A DNA stretch of 64,000 bases, from positions 29,837 to 93,836 of the forward strand of contig DVIW01000010.1 of the NCBI GenBank assembly GCA_018710945.1. Reading direction: 5' to 3'. This DNA is from Candidatus Aphodovivens avistercoris. GTDB taxonomy: Bacteria; Actinomycetota; Coriobacteriia; Coriobacteriales; Eggerthellaceae. Numbering within the stretch: the first letter of the stretch is position 1; each line of letters begins with the position of its first letter. Shown in pieces: positions 1 through 9,080 of the stretch. The notes beneath the pieces are model-generated. The model was not told where the DNA came from. It was given only the letters and a program-made list of their open reading frames with translations, and searched no databases. A program made the position numbers and the translations under genes.

Positions 1-284
1 CGTACACGTTCCTTAACTTCTACGTCCCAAGAGATGAGTTCGAGCTTGACGATGATCTTGGGGTGATGAATCTCGGCGAAGCCCCCTACGAGATAGAGGG
101 TGCAGGGGAAATTCTCATGGACTCCGAGGATTCCATCGGGCTGTACTCGCCCAACTACTCGACTACGCAGACGGTCTACGACACCACCTTCGGCGGATAT
201 TCTGGCCTCGCCACCGTCGTGAGCGAGGGGCACGCGGGCTTCATGTGGGACACCCCCGACACCGAGGGAATCGAGGTGGACTAG
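1..284 (+). CDS. 3' end of a hypothetical protein (5' end upstream of window)
   Basis: The frame is open from base 3 to TAG 282-284 (YTFLNFYVPRDEFELDDDLGVMNLGEAPYEIEG...). The stop abuts the next ATG (TAGATG). No recognisable family. Confidence 0.35.
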   Translation, partial: YTFLNFYVPRDEFELDDDLGVMNLGEAPYEIEGAGEILMDSEDSIGLYSPNYSTTQTVYDTTFGGYSGLATVVSEGHAGFMWDTPDTEGIEVD

Positions 285-1406
285 ATGAGCGGCATCGTTG
301 ATCAAATGCGCGTCCGCGCTCCGTATGCCGTTGCGCTGGCTGCTGCGGTGGCAGCGTGCCTTGCGGCGGCCCTGCTGCTGGGCGGGTGCTCGTCTGCGCC
401 GCAGGAGAGCGCCGAGCCCGAGCAGCCCGCGATCGAGACCGTGGACGTGGCGCTGAACGTGACCGCCGACGCGGGCTGGGATGGGAATTCCACGCCTGCC
501 ATTGCGCACATCCTCGGCGACGGTGTGAACGTCTACCACGCCATCGCCGCCGGCGAAGAGGGCAATGCGGGCACCTCGACCATCGCGCTGGCCGCGGGCA
601 GCTACAAGATCTCGCTCATCAGCCCCGTGAACGCTGACGGCTCGGCCTACCAGGTGGGCGAGATGCAGGAGTTCGAGGTGGCGACGAATGCTGAAGAGGC
701 CCCTTCCGTGGAGTGCCCTCTGACGCAGATCCCTGCCGACCAGGTGACCGACGAGCTTTTGCAGGGCATCGTTGACGAGGTGAAGGAGGCCATCGAAAGC
801 GGCGACGAGACGCTGAAGGGCGACGCGGGCCAGGGCGTGTTGGACAAGCTGGAGCAGAACGTGGCCGCCAACCCGAACGTCTCCGACGAGACGAAGGACG
901 AAGCCGCCAAGGTGGAAGAGGAAGTGGATGTGAACGGCGAGGCTGCGTCCACGACGCCTTCGGGCGGCGACGCGGTCGGCACGGGCGGCTCCGCCGGCGG
1001 CTCGGGTGGCGGCCAGGCGGCCGCGCACGAGCACAGCTGGAAGGACCACACCGCTACGCGACAGGTGTGGGTGGAAAACTGGGTGACGGTGCCCGACTAC
1101 GAGACGCAGACGATCTACGGGGCGCGTTTCTACGTTCCCACCGGCACTCCCGGCGAATACATCGCCAACGGCCCTACCTACTGGTTCGAGAACGGCTTCA
1201 CACAAGACGATCTCAAGGCTGTCATCGCGAACGCCCTGAGGAACGCCGATGAGAACGGCCTGTACAACGGTGTGTACTACGGAAACTACCAGAACGTCTC
1301 CAAGACATCGACCGTGCAGGTCGGCTCCCACCAGGAAGACCAGGGCTGGTACGAGACCGAAACCTACGTGGACTACCAGTACTGCAACTGCGGAGCCACG
1401 CGTTAG
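285..1406 (+). CDS. putative secreted lipoprotein, unknown function
   Basis: The N-terminus ...RVRAPYAVALAAAVAACLAAALLLGGCSS has a hydrophobic signal followed by a lipobox-like LLGGC. Next come an acidic region, a Gly-rich linker and a Trp/Tyr-rich C-terminal domain ending CNCG. ATG 306 is an alternative start. Confidence 0.6.
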   Translation: MSGIVDQMRVRAPYAVALAAAVAACLAAALLLGGCSSAPQESAEPEQPAIETVDVALNVTADAGWDGNSTPAIAHILGDGVNVYHAIAAGEEGNAGTSTIALAAGSYKISLISPVNADGSAYQVGEMQEFEVATNAEEAPSVECPLTQIPADQVTDELLQGIVDEVKEAIESGDETLKGDAGQGVLDKLEQNVAANPNVSDETKDEAAKVEEEVDVNGEAASTTPSGGDAVGTGGSAGGSGGGQAAAHEHSWKDHTATRQVWVENWVTVPDYETQTIYGARFYVPTGTPGEYIANGPTYWFENGFTQDDLKAVIANALRNADENGLYNGVYYGNYQNVSKTSTVQVGSHQEDQGWYETETYVDYQYCNCGATR

Positions 1407-1446
1407 CACCGTGCGCTGAAGCTACAAACGCCTCGCATCGCCAAGA

Positions 1447-1474
1447 GCCGCACCCACCAGGTGCGGCCCTTTCT
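1447..1474 (+). terminator. candidate intrinsic terminator after the lipoprotein gene
   Basis: GCCGCACC (1447-1454) pairs with GGTGCGGC (1460-1467) across a 5-nt loop. It is followed by CCTTTCT, a weak T-run. Confidence 0.4.
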
Positions 1475-1694
1475 GCAAACGCCAGCGCATCTGCGGCGCT
1501 TCGTCCTGCGGCGATGGCAGCGCTCCTTGCCGCCCCGCCGAGCGCCCTGCGCCCCGTCGCGTGCCTCGTCTCTCTCCTTCGCGCCCCCTACCGCTGGCGT
1601 GTGGGTTTCCGCCGGTGCTTTCGGGCGCGGCCAGGCGGGAATGCTATCATGACGGGAATCATCGAATTCTTTTCCGGGAGACAGGTGGGCTGCC

Positions 1695-3050
1695 ATGCTG
1701 CTGTGCGCGCAATACATTCTTCCCGTTACCGCCGAGCCTATCCAGCGCGGCGCCGTCCTCGTGCGCGACGGGCGCATCCGCGACATCGGCCCGGCCGACA
1801 TGCTGAAGGTCCGCTACCCCGACGAAGAGGTGCGCGATTTCGGCATGGCGGCGCTCATGCCCGGCTTCGTGGACCTGCACACCCACCTGGAGAACTCCGT
1901 CATGCGCGGCATCGTCCACGACGTGCCCTACACCACCTGGGTGCGCTCCATCTTGGAGAAGAGCGCGCTGATGGAGGTGGGCGACTGGTACGACTCCGCC
2001 ATCCTCGGCTGCCTGGAGGCGCTTTCCAGCGGCATCACCTGCATCGCCGACATCACGGTCACCGGCGCGGCTTGCACCGCCGTGCAGAAGGTGGGCCTGC
2101 GCAGCGTCATCTACCGCGAGGTGGGCGCCATGGACCAGCGCCGCGTCGATTTCGCCATGCGCGTGGCGGAAAACGACATCGCCCACTGGAGCGCCGAGGT
2201 CGATTCCGACCGCGTGAGCATCGGCATTGCGCCGGCGGCCATCTACACCTGCCATCCCGTCGTGTTCTCGAAGGTGAGCGCGTTCGCCCGCAAGGAGAAC
2301 CTGCCGGTGGCCATGCACCTGGCCGGCAGCTACGAGGAGTACCAGTTCGTGAAGCGCGGCTCGTCGCCGTTTGCCGTGCACACCATGGGCTCCAAGCGCG
2401 GCTACGTGGAGGTGCCGCCGTGGCTGCCCACCGGCGTGTCGCCCATTCGCTACGCGCTGAACTGGGGCGCGTTCGAGTCGGACAACGTCATGGCCATCCA
2501 CTGCATCCATGTGGACGACGGCGACATCCGCAAGCTGAAGGAATACGACGTGGCCGTGGCAAGCTGCCCGCGCTGCAGCGCCCAGCTGGGCATGGGCGTC
2601 TCGCCCATCAGCGAGTTCTTGCGCGCCGACCTGCGCTTCGGCCTGGGCACCGATTCCCCCGCCGCCACCGACTCCATCGACATGCTCACCGAGATGCGCC
2701 TGGGCATGCTCATGCAGCGCGCCGCGAACCGCACCACCTTCCTGGACTCGGCCACCATGCTGGAAACCGCCACCATCGGCGGCGCTCGCGCGCTGAAGCT
2801 GGACGACCAGATCGGCTCGCTGGACGTGGGCAAGCGCGCCGACATCGTGGCGATGGACCTGTCGGGTTCGCACCAGACGCCCACCACCGACCCCGTGTCG
2901 GCCGTGGTGAACACCTGCAACGGCGCCGACGTGCTGATGACGATGGTCGGCGGCAAGGTGCTATACGAGAAGAGCCGCTGGGACGTGGGCGTGGATGTGG
3001 CGCGCACCATTGCGCGCACCATCGAGATCCGCGGCAAGCTGCGCAAATAG
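1695..3050 (+). CDS. metal-dependent amidohydrolase (MtaD/SsnA/chlorohydrolase-like deaminase family)
   Basis: 451-aa ORF with the HxH metal motif FVDLHTHLE, later AMHLAGS and GLGTDSPA. Length and motif order fit nucleoside/aminohydrolase-type deaminases. The substrate is not assignable. Confidence 0.85.
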   Translation: MLLCAQYILPVTAEPIQRGAVLVRDGRIRDIGPADMLKVRYPDEEVRDFGMAALMPGFVDLHTHLENSVMRGIVHDVPYTTWVRSILEKSALMEVGDWYDSAILGCLEALSSGITCIADITVTGAACTAVQKVGLRSVIYREVGAMDQRRVDFAMRVAENDIAHWSAEVDSDRVSIGIAPAAIYTCHPVVFSKVSAFARKENLPVAMHLAGSYEEYQFVKRGSSPFAVHTMGSKRGYVEVPPWLPTGVSPIRYALNWGAFESDNVMAIHCIHVDDGDIRKLKEYDVAVASCPRCSAQLGMGVSPISEFLRADLRFGLGTDSPAATDSIDMLTEMRLGMLMQRAANRTTFLDSATMLETATIGGARALKLDDQIGSLDVGKRADIVAMDLSGSHQTPTTDPVSAVVNTCNGADVLMTMVGGKVLYEKSRWDVGVDVARTIARTIEIRGKLRK

Positions 3051-3071
3051 TGAAAGCCAGGGGAGTGCCAG

Positions 3072-3284
3072 ATGAGCCGGAAATCGGGCGTTAAGCAGCA
3101 GAAGATGACGCCGAAGCAGAAGGCGGAGCGCATCCGCGCCGCCCAGGAGCGCGAGGCGCGGGCGAAGGCGGAGCGCGAGCGCTCGGCGAAGATGAAGCGC
3201 GTGTTCACCGTCGTGGTGTGCGTGATCTTGGTGCTGGCGCTGTTCATTCCCACGATGGCGCTGTCGGTGCTGGGCGGGAACTAG
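3072..3284 (+). CDS. small Lys/Arg/Glu-rich protein with C-terminal transmembrane helix
   Basis: 70-aa ORF starting 21 nt after the amidohydrolase stop. A charged N-terminal half is followed by one hydrophobic helix (VFTVVVCVILVLALFIPTMALSVLGG). No known family. Confidence 0.4.
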   Translation: MSRKSGVKQQKMTPKQKAERIRAAQEREARAKAERERSAKMKRVFTVVVCVILVLALFIPTMALSVLGGN

Positions 3285-3532
3285 GCCGGGCGAACGCTGC
3301 GGGCGGGCGCCCGCGCGTTCGGCTGTCCGGCGACGCTGGCCTTGGCGCCGCGATGCCGCAACGCTGCGGGCGGGCGGTTCGCGCGCCTTCCCATGCTCCT
3401 TACGGGAATTTGATATGCGGTTGCTTGTTGGAGGGCGCTGCGGCGCGTTGCCGGGAAAGACGATGTGCTAGTATGAGCGTTCGTGCGCATGCGTGCGCCG
3501 CAAGCAGTGCATCCTAAGCGAAGGGGTTTGCC

Positions 3533-4351
3533 TTGTTCGGCATAGGCGGATTCGAATTCTTCCTCATCCTGATATTCGGGTTCCTCATCGTGGGGCCCGA
3601 TCGGCTGCCGGCCATGGCCAAGACGCTCGGCAAGGCCATCAACAAGTTCCGCAGCGCCCAGGACGAGATGAACAAGGTCATCAAGACCGAAGTGTACGAC
3701 CCGAACTCCAAGGAACCGTTCAAGAACCCGCTGGAGGTCATCGAGAAGATAGGTTCGGCGGACAAGGGCTCCGCGGCGTCGGGGAAGGCGTCATCGCCCG
3801 CTTCGTCGACGGCGGGCTCCTCGTCGGCGGCGAAGAGCTCCGCTGCGGGAGACCGCCGCGAAAGCTTCTCCGAGCGCAAGGCGCGCTACGAGAAGGAGCG
3901 CGCGGCCAAGCGCGCCGCCGATGCCGAGAAGGCCAAGCAGGAAGCCATCAAGGCTGCGGCCGAGAAGACGCCCGTGAAGCCCGCTTCCGAGGGCGCCGCT
4001 TCCGCTGCTGCTGGCACGACCGCCGCCGCTGCGAAGGCCGCTTCGGCCAAGCCCGCTGCCGCGAAGAAGCCGGCCGCTTCCGCCAAAGCCAAGTCCGCCG
4101 CCGACGGCGCTTCCGACGCCGCCGCGAAGCCCGCTGCCAAGCGCACCGCCGCGGCCAAGAAGAAGGGCCCCGTGGCCTCCGCAAAGACCGAGGAAGAGAA
4201 AGCCGCCGCACGTTCCGCCGCCGCCAAGAAGGCCGCGGCCACCCGCGCTGCGAACCGCAAGAAGAAAGCCGAGGAGGAAGCCGCCCGCAAAGCCGCTGAG
4301 GCTGCGGCCGCTGCCGACGCCTCGAACCCGACCGCCGAGAAGGGGGAGTAA
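3533..4351 (+). CDS. twin-arginine translocase TatA/TatB-family subunit with long Ala/Lys-rich tail
   Basis: TTG start preceded by AAGGGG. The N-terminus FGIGGFEFFLILIFGFLIVGPDRLPAMAKTLGKAINKFR is the Tat TM helix, hinge (GPxRLP, TatB-like) and amphipathic helix. About 190 aa of A/K/S/E low-complexity sequence follows. The stop lies 3 nt before tatC. Confidence 0.8.
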   Translation: MFGIGGFEFFLILIFGFLIVGPDRLPAMAKTLGKAINKFRSAQDEMNKVIKTEVYDPNSKEPFKNPLEVIEKIGSADKGSAASGKASSPASSTAGSSSAAKSSAAGDRRESFSERKARYEKERAAKRAADAEKAKQEAIKAAAEKTPVKPASEGAASAAAGTTAAAAKAASAKPAAAKKPAASAKAKSAADGASDAAAKPAAKRTAAAKKKGPVASAKTEEEKAAARSAAAKKAAATRAANRKKKAEEEAARKAAEAAAAADASNPTAEKGE

Positions 4352-4354
4352 CCC

Positions 4355-5131
4355 ATGCCTATCGGACCGGCGCGCATGCCCCTTTTCGACCATCTGGGCG
4401 AGCTGCGCATGCGCCTCGTGCGCATCGTCACCTGCCTGTTCATCGGCGTGGTGGTTTTCTACTGGGCGGCGCCCACCATCATCCAGTTCCTGCTTCTGCC
4501 CATCGCGGAGTTCCTGCCGCAGGGCGCCAACGGCCAGGCGGTGCTGACGGCCATCGACCCGTTCGAGTCGTTCGCCACCAGCTTCAAGGTGGCGCTGTGG
4601 GCGTCGGCGGTCACTTGCTCGCCGGTGATCCTCTGGCAGATCCTGGCGTTCTTCCTGCCAGCGCTCAAGCCCAAAGAGCGCAAGTGGTTCATGCCGGCGT
4701 TCGCCGCCGCGGTGATCCTGTTCATCATCGGCACCGTGTTCTGCTACCTGGTCATCCTGGACCCGGCGTTCCAGTGGCTTTCCAGCCAGGTGACCGGTTG
4801 GGCGCAGAACCTGCCGCGCGCGAGCAGCTACGTTGACACCATCATCAAGTTCGAGCTGGGCTTCGGCTTCGCCTTCGAGCTGCCGCTGGTGGTGTTCTTC
4901 CTGGCCGTGTTCGACATCGTGCCGTACAAGAAGCTGCGCGGCAGCTGGCGCGTGGTGTACATCGTGCTGATGGTCATCGCCGCCATGATCACGCCCGATG
5001 CGTCGCCGGTCACCATGATGCTGCTGTTCGCAGCCATGATCGTCCTGTACGAGGGCAGCCTGCTGATCTCGCGCATCGTTCTGGCGCGCAAGATCAAGCG
5101 CCAAGCCGCCGAAGAAGCCGAGGAAGACTAG
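4355..5131 (+). CDS. tatC: twin-arginine translocase subunit TatC
   Basis: 258 aa. The N-terminus MPLFDHLGELRMRLVR is typical of TatC. There are six hydrophobic segments and the gene sits immediately downstream of the TatA/B gene. Confidence 0.9.
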   Translation: MPIGPARMPLFDHLGELRMRLVRIVTCLFIGVVVFYWAAPTIIQFLLLPIAEFLPQGANGQAVLTAIDPFESFATSFKVALWASAVTCSPVILWQILAFFLPALKPKERKWFMPAFAAAVILFIIGTVFCYLVILDPAFQWLSSQVTGWAQNLPRASSYVDTIIKFELGFGFAFELPLVVFFLAVFDIVPYKKLRGSWRVVYIVLMVIAAMITPDASPVTMMLLFAAMIVLYEGSLLISRIVLARKIKRQAAEEAEED

Positions 5132-5233
5132 CCGACCGCGCCGCCGCCCGGCATCCTGTGCCAGCCGCCCGCGCGGCGGTTGCCGTCCGCGCGCGTTGCC
5201 CTACTATGGGCGGGAGCGAAGGAAAGGGGCAGC

Positions 5234-5584
5234 ATGCACGAGCTGGGCATCATGACGGGCGTGATGGATGCCGTCACGAAATCGGCCGAGGAAGCCGGCG
5301 CCGACAAGGTTCTGAAGATCACGCTCTCCGTGGGCGAGATGACCGAGTGCATCCAGGATGCGCTCGTGTTCGCGTTCGAGGCGCTGTCCGAAGGGACGCT
5401 GTGCGAGGGCGCCGAGCTGGTCATCAACATGATCACGCCGAAGAGCCGTTGCTTGGAATGCGGAGCGGAGTTCGAGCACGACCGCTTCCACATGTTCTGC
5501 CCCGAATGCGACAGCTTCGCCACGCAGCTGATAGCGGGGCGCGAGCTGCAGATCGACTCGATAGAGGTGGACATCCCGGACTGA
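5234..5584 (+). CDS. hypA: hydrogenase nickel-insertion/maturation protein HypA
   Basis: MHELGIMTGVMDAV... matches the conserved MHE N-terminus. Two CxxC zinc motifs are present (CLECG, CPEC). About 116 aa. ATG 5234 lies inside ORF 5180-5584. Confidence 0.9.
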   Translation: MHELGIMTGVMDAVTKSAEEAGADKVLKITLSVGEMTECIQDALVFAFEALSEGTLCEGAELVINMITPKSRCLECGAEFEHDRFHMFCPECDSFATQLIAGRELQIDSIEVDIPD

Positions 5585-5689
5585 TGCGCCGCCCGCGCCG
5601 CGGCGCGCTGCAGCTTTGAGCCGCTGCGTTGCGCCGCGCGCCGCCCGACGCACGTTCCGCCCGCCATCGCTTCGTTGAAAGGGAACGCA

Positions 5690-6340
5690 ATGCAAATCGA
5701 CATGAAGCAGCCCATCCTGCAGAAGAACGACGCCATCGCCGCCGAGCTGCGGCAGCGTTTCGCCGAGAACCGCGTGTTCGTGGTGGACCTTTTGGCCAGC
5801 CCCGGCTCCGGCAAGACGTCCACCATTCTGGCGACCATCGACGCGCTGCGCGACGAGTTCAACATCGCCGTCATCGAGGGCGACATCGCCAGCAGTGTGG
5901 ACGCGGAGAAGATCAAGGCCCAGGGCACCGCGGCCGTGCAGATCAACACCGGCGGGGCGTGCCATCTGGAAAGCGCCATGATCAAGCGCGCGGTGGACGT
6001 GCTGGATTTGGAGCGGCTGGACCTCATCATCATCGAGAACGTGGGCAACCTGGTGTGCCCCACCGACTTCGATCTGGGCGAGAACCTGAAGGTGATGATC
6101 CTGTCGGTGCCGGAGGGCGACGACAAGCCGCTGAAGTACCCCGGCGTGTTCCAGGTGGCGCAGGCCATCATCCTGAACAAGGTGGACACGCTGCCCGTGT
6201 TCAACTTCGACCGCGCCAAGTTCGAGGAGTCGGTGCATCAGCTGAACCCGCAGGCCCCGCTGTTCCCCATTGCCGCCACCAATGGCGAAGGCGTCCAGGA
6301 ATGGGCCGGTTGGCTGGCAGATAAGATTCGCGCTTTGTAG
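5690..6340 (+). CDS. hypB: hydrogenase nickel-incorporation GTPase HypB
   Basis: P-loop LLASPGSGKTS, then ENVGNLVCP and the NKVD GTPase motif. ATG 5690 is preceded by GAAAGGGAA. The ORF also opens at TTG 5675. Confidence 0.9.
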   Translation: MQIDMKQPILQKNDAIAAELRQRFAENRVFVVDLLASPGSGKTSTILATIDALRDEFNIAVIEGDIASSVDAEKIKAQGTAAVQINTGGACHLESAMIKRAVDVLDLERLDLIIIENVGNLVCPTDFDLGENLKVMILSVPEGDDKPLKYPGVFQVAQAIILNKVDTLPVFNFDRAKFEESVHQLNPQAPLFPIAATNGEGVQEWAGWLADKIRAL

Positions 6341-6581
6341 TTGCGCCGTTCTGTCGAACGGCGCAACGGGCCGACGCTGCGCGGGGCCCTGGCGGCACAG
6401 CTGGCGCTCCAAGGTTTCCTCACGGCCCGAAGGCCGCTTCGGAAACCTTTCACGCCATCTGCACTCGCCAGAGCCCCGCTCGCTGACTTTGGGTTCTGCT
6501 TGGGAGTTCCTTATGCCGCCTTTGGCGGCATTCGCAGCTCCGAAAAGGGTGGCCTGTCGGCAGACCCCCGCTCTATCACAA

Positions 6582-6611
6582 GCCGTCCTTCCTGTGGAGG
6601 GCGGCTTTTTT
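6582..6611 (+). terminator. candidate intrinsic terminator downstream of hypB
   Basis: GCCGTCCTTCC...GGAGGGCGGC stem followed by TTTTTT (6606-6611). Confidence 0.5.
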
Positions 6612-6651
6612 CGTGTGCGGGATCTGCGCCGCCACCGCGCCATAGTTGCTC

Positions 6652-6718
6652 CGACATTATCTGCGACATTTTACTCCGCCAAATGTCGCAGATAATGTCG
6701 CAGTGTCGCAGATAATGG
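6652..6718. promoter_or_regulatory. perfect 20-bp inverted repeat plus a third half-site upstream of nadE (candidate operator)
   Basis: CGACATTATCTGCGACATTT (6652-6671) and AAATGTCGCAGATAATGTCG (6681-6700) are exact reverse complements separated by 9 nt. TGTCGCAGATAATG recurs directly at 6704-6717. The site lies 85-150 nt upstream of nadE ATG 6803. Confidence 0.5.
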
Positions 6719-6802
6719 CGGAGATCGCTTGCGCGGCTTGCGGTGTTAACCCGTTCGCAGCACAACGACGGTACAATCGGCTCAACGGAGAAAGGGTTGG
6801 AT

Positions 6803-7621
6803 ATGGATGCTTCGCAAAAATACGCGGCGTGCGTGGACGCGTTGGGGGAGTATGCGCGCGACGCGGGGTTCGACGAGGTGGTCATCGGGCTGTCGGGCGG
6901 CATTGACTCCAGCTTGGTGGCGGCCATGTGCGTCGACGCGTTCGGCGCGGCGCGGGTGCACGGGGTGCTGCTGCCGGGGCCGTACTCCACCGACCATTCC
7001 GTCAGCGACGCGGAAGAGCTGGCCGCGCGCCTGGGCATCGAAACCTTCATCGTGTCCATCCGCGAGCCTTACGAGGCGTTCGCCCGTGCGCTGGCGCCGG
7101 CGTGCGGCGGGGCGCTTGAGGGGCTGGCGTCCGAGAACACGCAGGCGCGGTGCCGGATGGTGTGCCTGATGGCGCTGTCGAACGCGCACGGCTGGATGCT
7201 GGTGAACACCGGCAACAAGAGCGAGGCCATGATGGGCTACTCCACGCTCTACGGCGACACCGCCGGCGCGTTCGCTCCGCTGGGCGGCCTGTACAAGACC
7301 GACGTGTACGCACTGTCGCGCTGGGCGAACGAGCAGGCGGAGCGCGAAGGCCGTCCCGCGCCCATTCCGCAGCATGTGCTGGAGAAGCCTCCCAGCGCCG
7401 AGCTTGCCCCGGGGCAGGAAGACGAGCGCAGCATGGGCATCGACTACCCCGAGTTGGACGCCATCCTGGAGGCGCATTTCGAGCATGGGATGGACGCCGA
7501 CGCCGTGGCGGCGCAGGGCTTCGACCGCGAGCAGGTGGAGGCCGTGCTGCACCGGGCGCGCTCCTACGCGTTCAAGCGCGCGCTGGAGCCGCCGTTCCCG
7601 CAGGCGCGGTTCTACGCGTAG
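6803..7621 (+). CDS. nadE: NH3-dependent NAD+ synthetase
   Basis: PP-loop motif GLSGGIDSS and about 272 aa. The motif order (NTGNKSE, YGD, DE) is typical of NadE. ATG 6803 is preceded by GGAGAAAGGG. Confidence 0.9.
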   Translation: MDASQKYAACVDALGEYARDAGFDEVVIGLSGGIDSSLVAAMCVDAFGAARVHGVLLPGPYSTDHSVSDAEELAARLGIETFIVSIREPYEAFARALAPACGGALEGLASENTQARCRMVCLMALSNAHGWMLVNTGNKSEAMMGYSTLYGDTAGAFAPLGGLYKTDVYALSRWANEQAEREGRPAPIPQHVLEKPPSAELAPGQEDERSMGIDYPELDAILEAHFEHGMDADAVAAQGFDREQVEAVLHRARSYAFKRALEPPFPQARFYA

Positions 7622-7706
7622 GGCGCGCACCTGCTCGTTTCCCGCCAATCCAAGATACCGCCGCTGGCGTATGGCGCGTCCGCGGCGGCTCGTTTACCAT
7701 GGGCGC

Positions 7707-9080
7707 ATGGATGAGTTCTTGAAACCCGGCAGAGCGATGAGCGCGCGCGACTGGGCCATCGACGCAGCGGTGGCCGTGGGCGTGTTCGCGGTGGCGTGCG
7801 TCCAACTGATGCTGACCGTCTCGTCCATCATCGTGCCCGACCTGGCGCTGCGGCAGTACCTGGGGCTCGTGAGCATCGTGCCGGACCCCGCCGCGTTCGC
7901 GGCGCTGGGCGTCATGACGCTGCCGCTGGTCCTGCGGCGCCGCTTCCCCTGGCCCACGATGGCGTGCGTGCTGGCGACGTACTGCGTGCTGCAGTCGGCG
8001 TTCAGCGGCTACGCGCTGTCAGCGGTGGGCGTGCTGGCGGCGGTGTTCACCATCGCGCTGGAGCGCAGCGCGGTGGAGGCGTTCGTTGGCGCAGCGCTGG
8101 CCGTGCTGGCGTCGCTGCTGTTCCCGGGCGCGTCGAGCACGCCCAGCCTGGCGTTTTTCCTGCAGGTGCAGAACCTGGGGCTCATCGCCGCCGCAGCGCT
8201 GGCCGGCTATGCGCTGCAGACCCACCGCGCCTACGTGCACGCAACCGAGCAGCGCGCCGCCGAGGCCGAGCGCACCCGCGAGGAAGAGGCGGCCCGGCGC
8301 GTGGAAGAGGAACGCGTGCGCATCGCGCGCGAGGTGCACGACATCACGGCCCACTCGCTGTCGGCGGTGAGCATCCAGACGGCGGCGGCCGAGCGCCTCA
8401 TCGACCGCGACCCGGCGGCGGCGAAGGAGGCCATTGCGTCGGCGCGTGCCACGGCGAAAAGCGCGTTGGACGACATCCGCAGCATGATAGGCGTGCTGCG
8501 TCATGGCGACGTTCCGGCGGAAACCGCGCCGGCGGCGGGAACCGACCGGCTGGCCGACGTGGCGGCGTACCTGGAAAGCGCCGGGGTGGCCTGCCGTGTG
8601 GATGCGCGCCGCTACCGCCGCGCATCCGTTCCCGCGCACGTCGATCTGGCGCTGTACGCGCTGGCGCGCGAGGCGGCCACGAACATCGTGCGGCATGCAG
8701 GCGCGACGCATGCATCGTTCACGTTGCAGCTGGTGGAGGGCGCGGCGTGCCTGGCCGTGGAGGACGATGGCCGCGGCTGCGGCGTGCCGTTCGGGTCCGA
8801 CGAGCTGCCGGCGTCTGCGGACGGCGTGGGCCACGGCGTCGCGGGCATGGCGGAGCGCGCGCGGCTTCTGGGCGGGGCGTTCCGCGCGGGTGACCGGCCG
8901 GAGGGCGGGTTCCGCGTGTGGGCGCGCATCCCCTTCGCAGCACCGGGGCCGGCGGCGGGTGCGCCGGTTGCGGATGAGGCTGCGGCTGCAGCGGGCGCCG
9001 CGCCGTCGGCATCCGCTTCTGCGCCGGCTGCGTCTGCTCCCACTGCCGCCCCATCGGAAGGAGGTCACTCCCATGTCTGA
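7707..9080 (+). CDS. sensor histidine kinase, HisKA_3 (NarL/DesK-type) with multi-TM N-terminal domain
   Basis: ATG 7707 (MDEFLKPG...) lies inside ORF 7374-9080. Five or six hydrophobic helices precede the H-box RIAREVHDITAHSLSAVSIQ and HATPase motifs (ATNIVRHA, GHGVAGMAERA). The tail is Ala-rich. The stop overlaps the regulator start. Confidence 0.85.
   Translation: MDEFLKPGRAMSARDWAIDAAVAVGVFAVACVQLMLTVSSIIVPDLALRQYLGLVSIVPDPAAFAALGVMTLPLVLRRRFPWPTMACVLATYCVLQSAFSGYALSAVGVLAAVFTIALERSAVEAFVGAALAVLASLLFPGASSTPSLAFFLQVQNLGLIAAAALAGYALQTHRAYVHATEQRAAEAERTREEEAARRVEEERVRIAREVHDITAHSLSAVSIQTAAAERLIDRDPAAAKEAIASARATAKSALDDIRSMIGVLRHGDVPAETAPAAGTDRLADVAAYLESAGVACRVDARRYRRASVPAHVDLALYALAREAATNIVRHAGATHASFTLQLVEGAACLAVEDDGRGCGVPFGSDELPASADGVGHGVAGMAERARLLGGAFRAGDRPEGGFRVWARIPFAAPGPAAGAPVADEAAAAAGAAPSASASAPAASAPTAAPSEGGHSHV

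Noticed and set aside
1514-3094. 526-aa + strand ORF overlapping the amidohydrolase in another frame, and 1659-2873 on the - strand
   Set aside because: The translation is an Arg/His/Pro-rich nonsense sequence. The 1695-3050 frame carries the HxH and other amidohydrolase motifs.
6652-6700. dif/Xer recombination site or intrinsic terminator
   Set aside because: The arms are 20 nt with a 9-nt spacer, not the 11-6-11 dif geometry. The stem is AT-rich with no T-run, and a better terminator lies upstream at 6582-6611.
7374-7706. Upstream-extended starts offered by the ORF track (7374 for the kinase, 11217 for the adhesin, 26328 for the phosphoesterase protein, 36792 for the phosphatase, 37285 for the exporter, 48175 for eno, 61904 for thiM)
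   Set aside because: The extensions are Arg/Pro-rich, overlap upstream genes or regulatory RNA, and lack RBSs. Internal ATGs with Shine-Dalgarno-like sequences give N-termini that match the family consensus.
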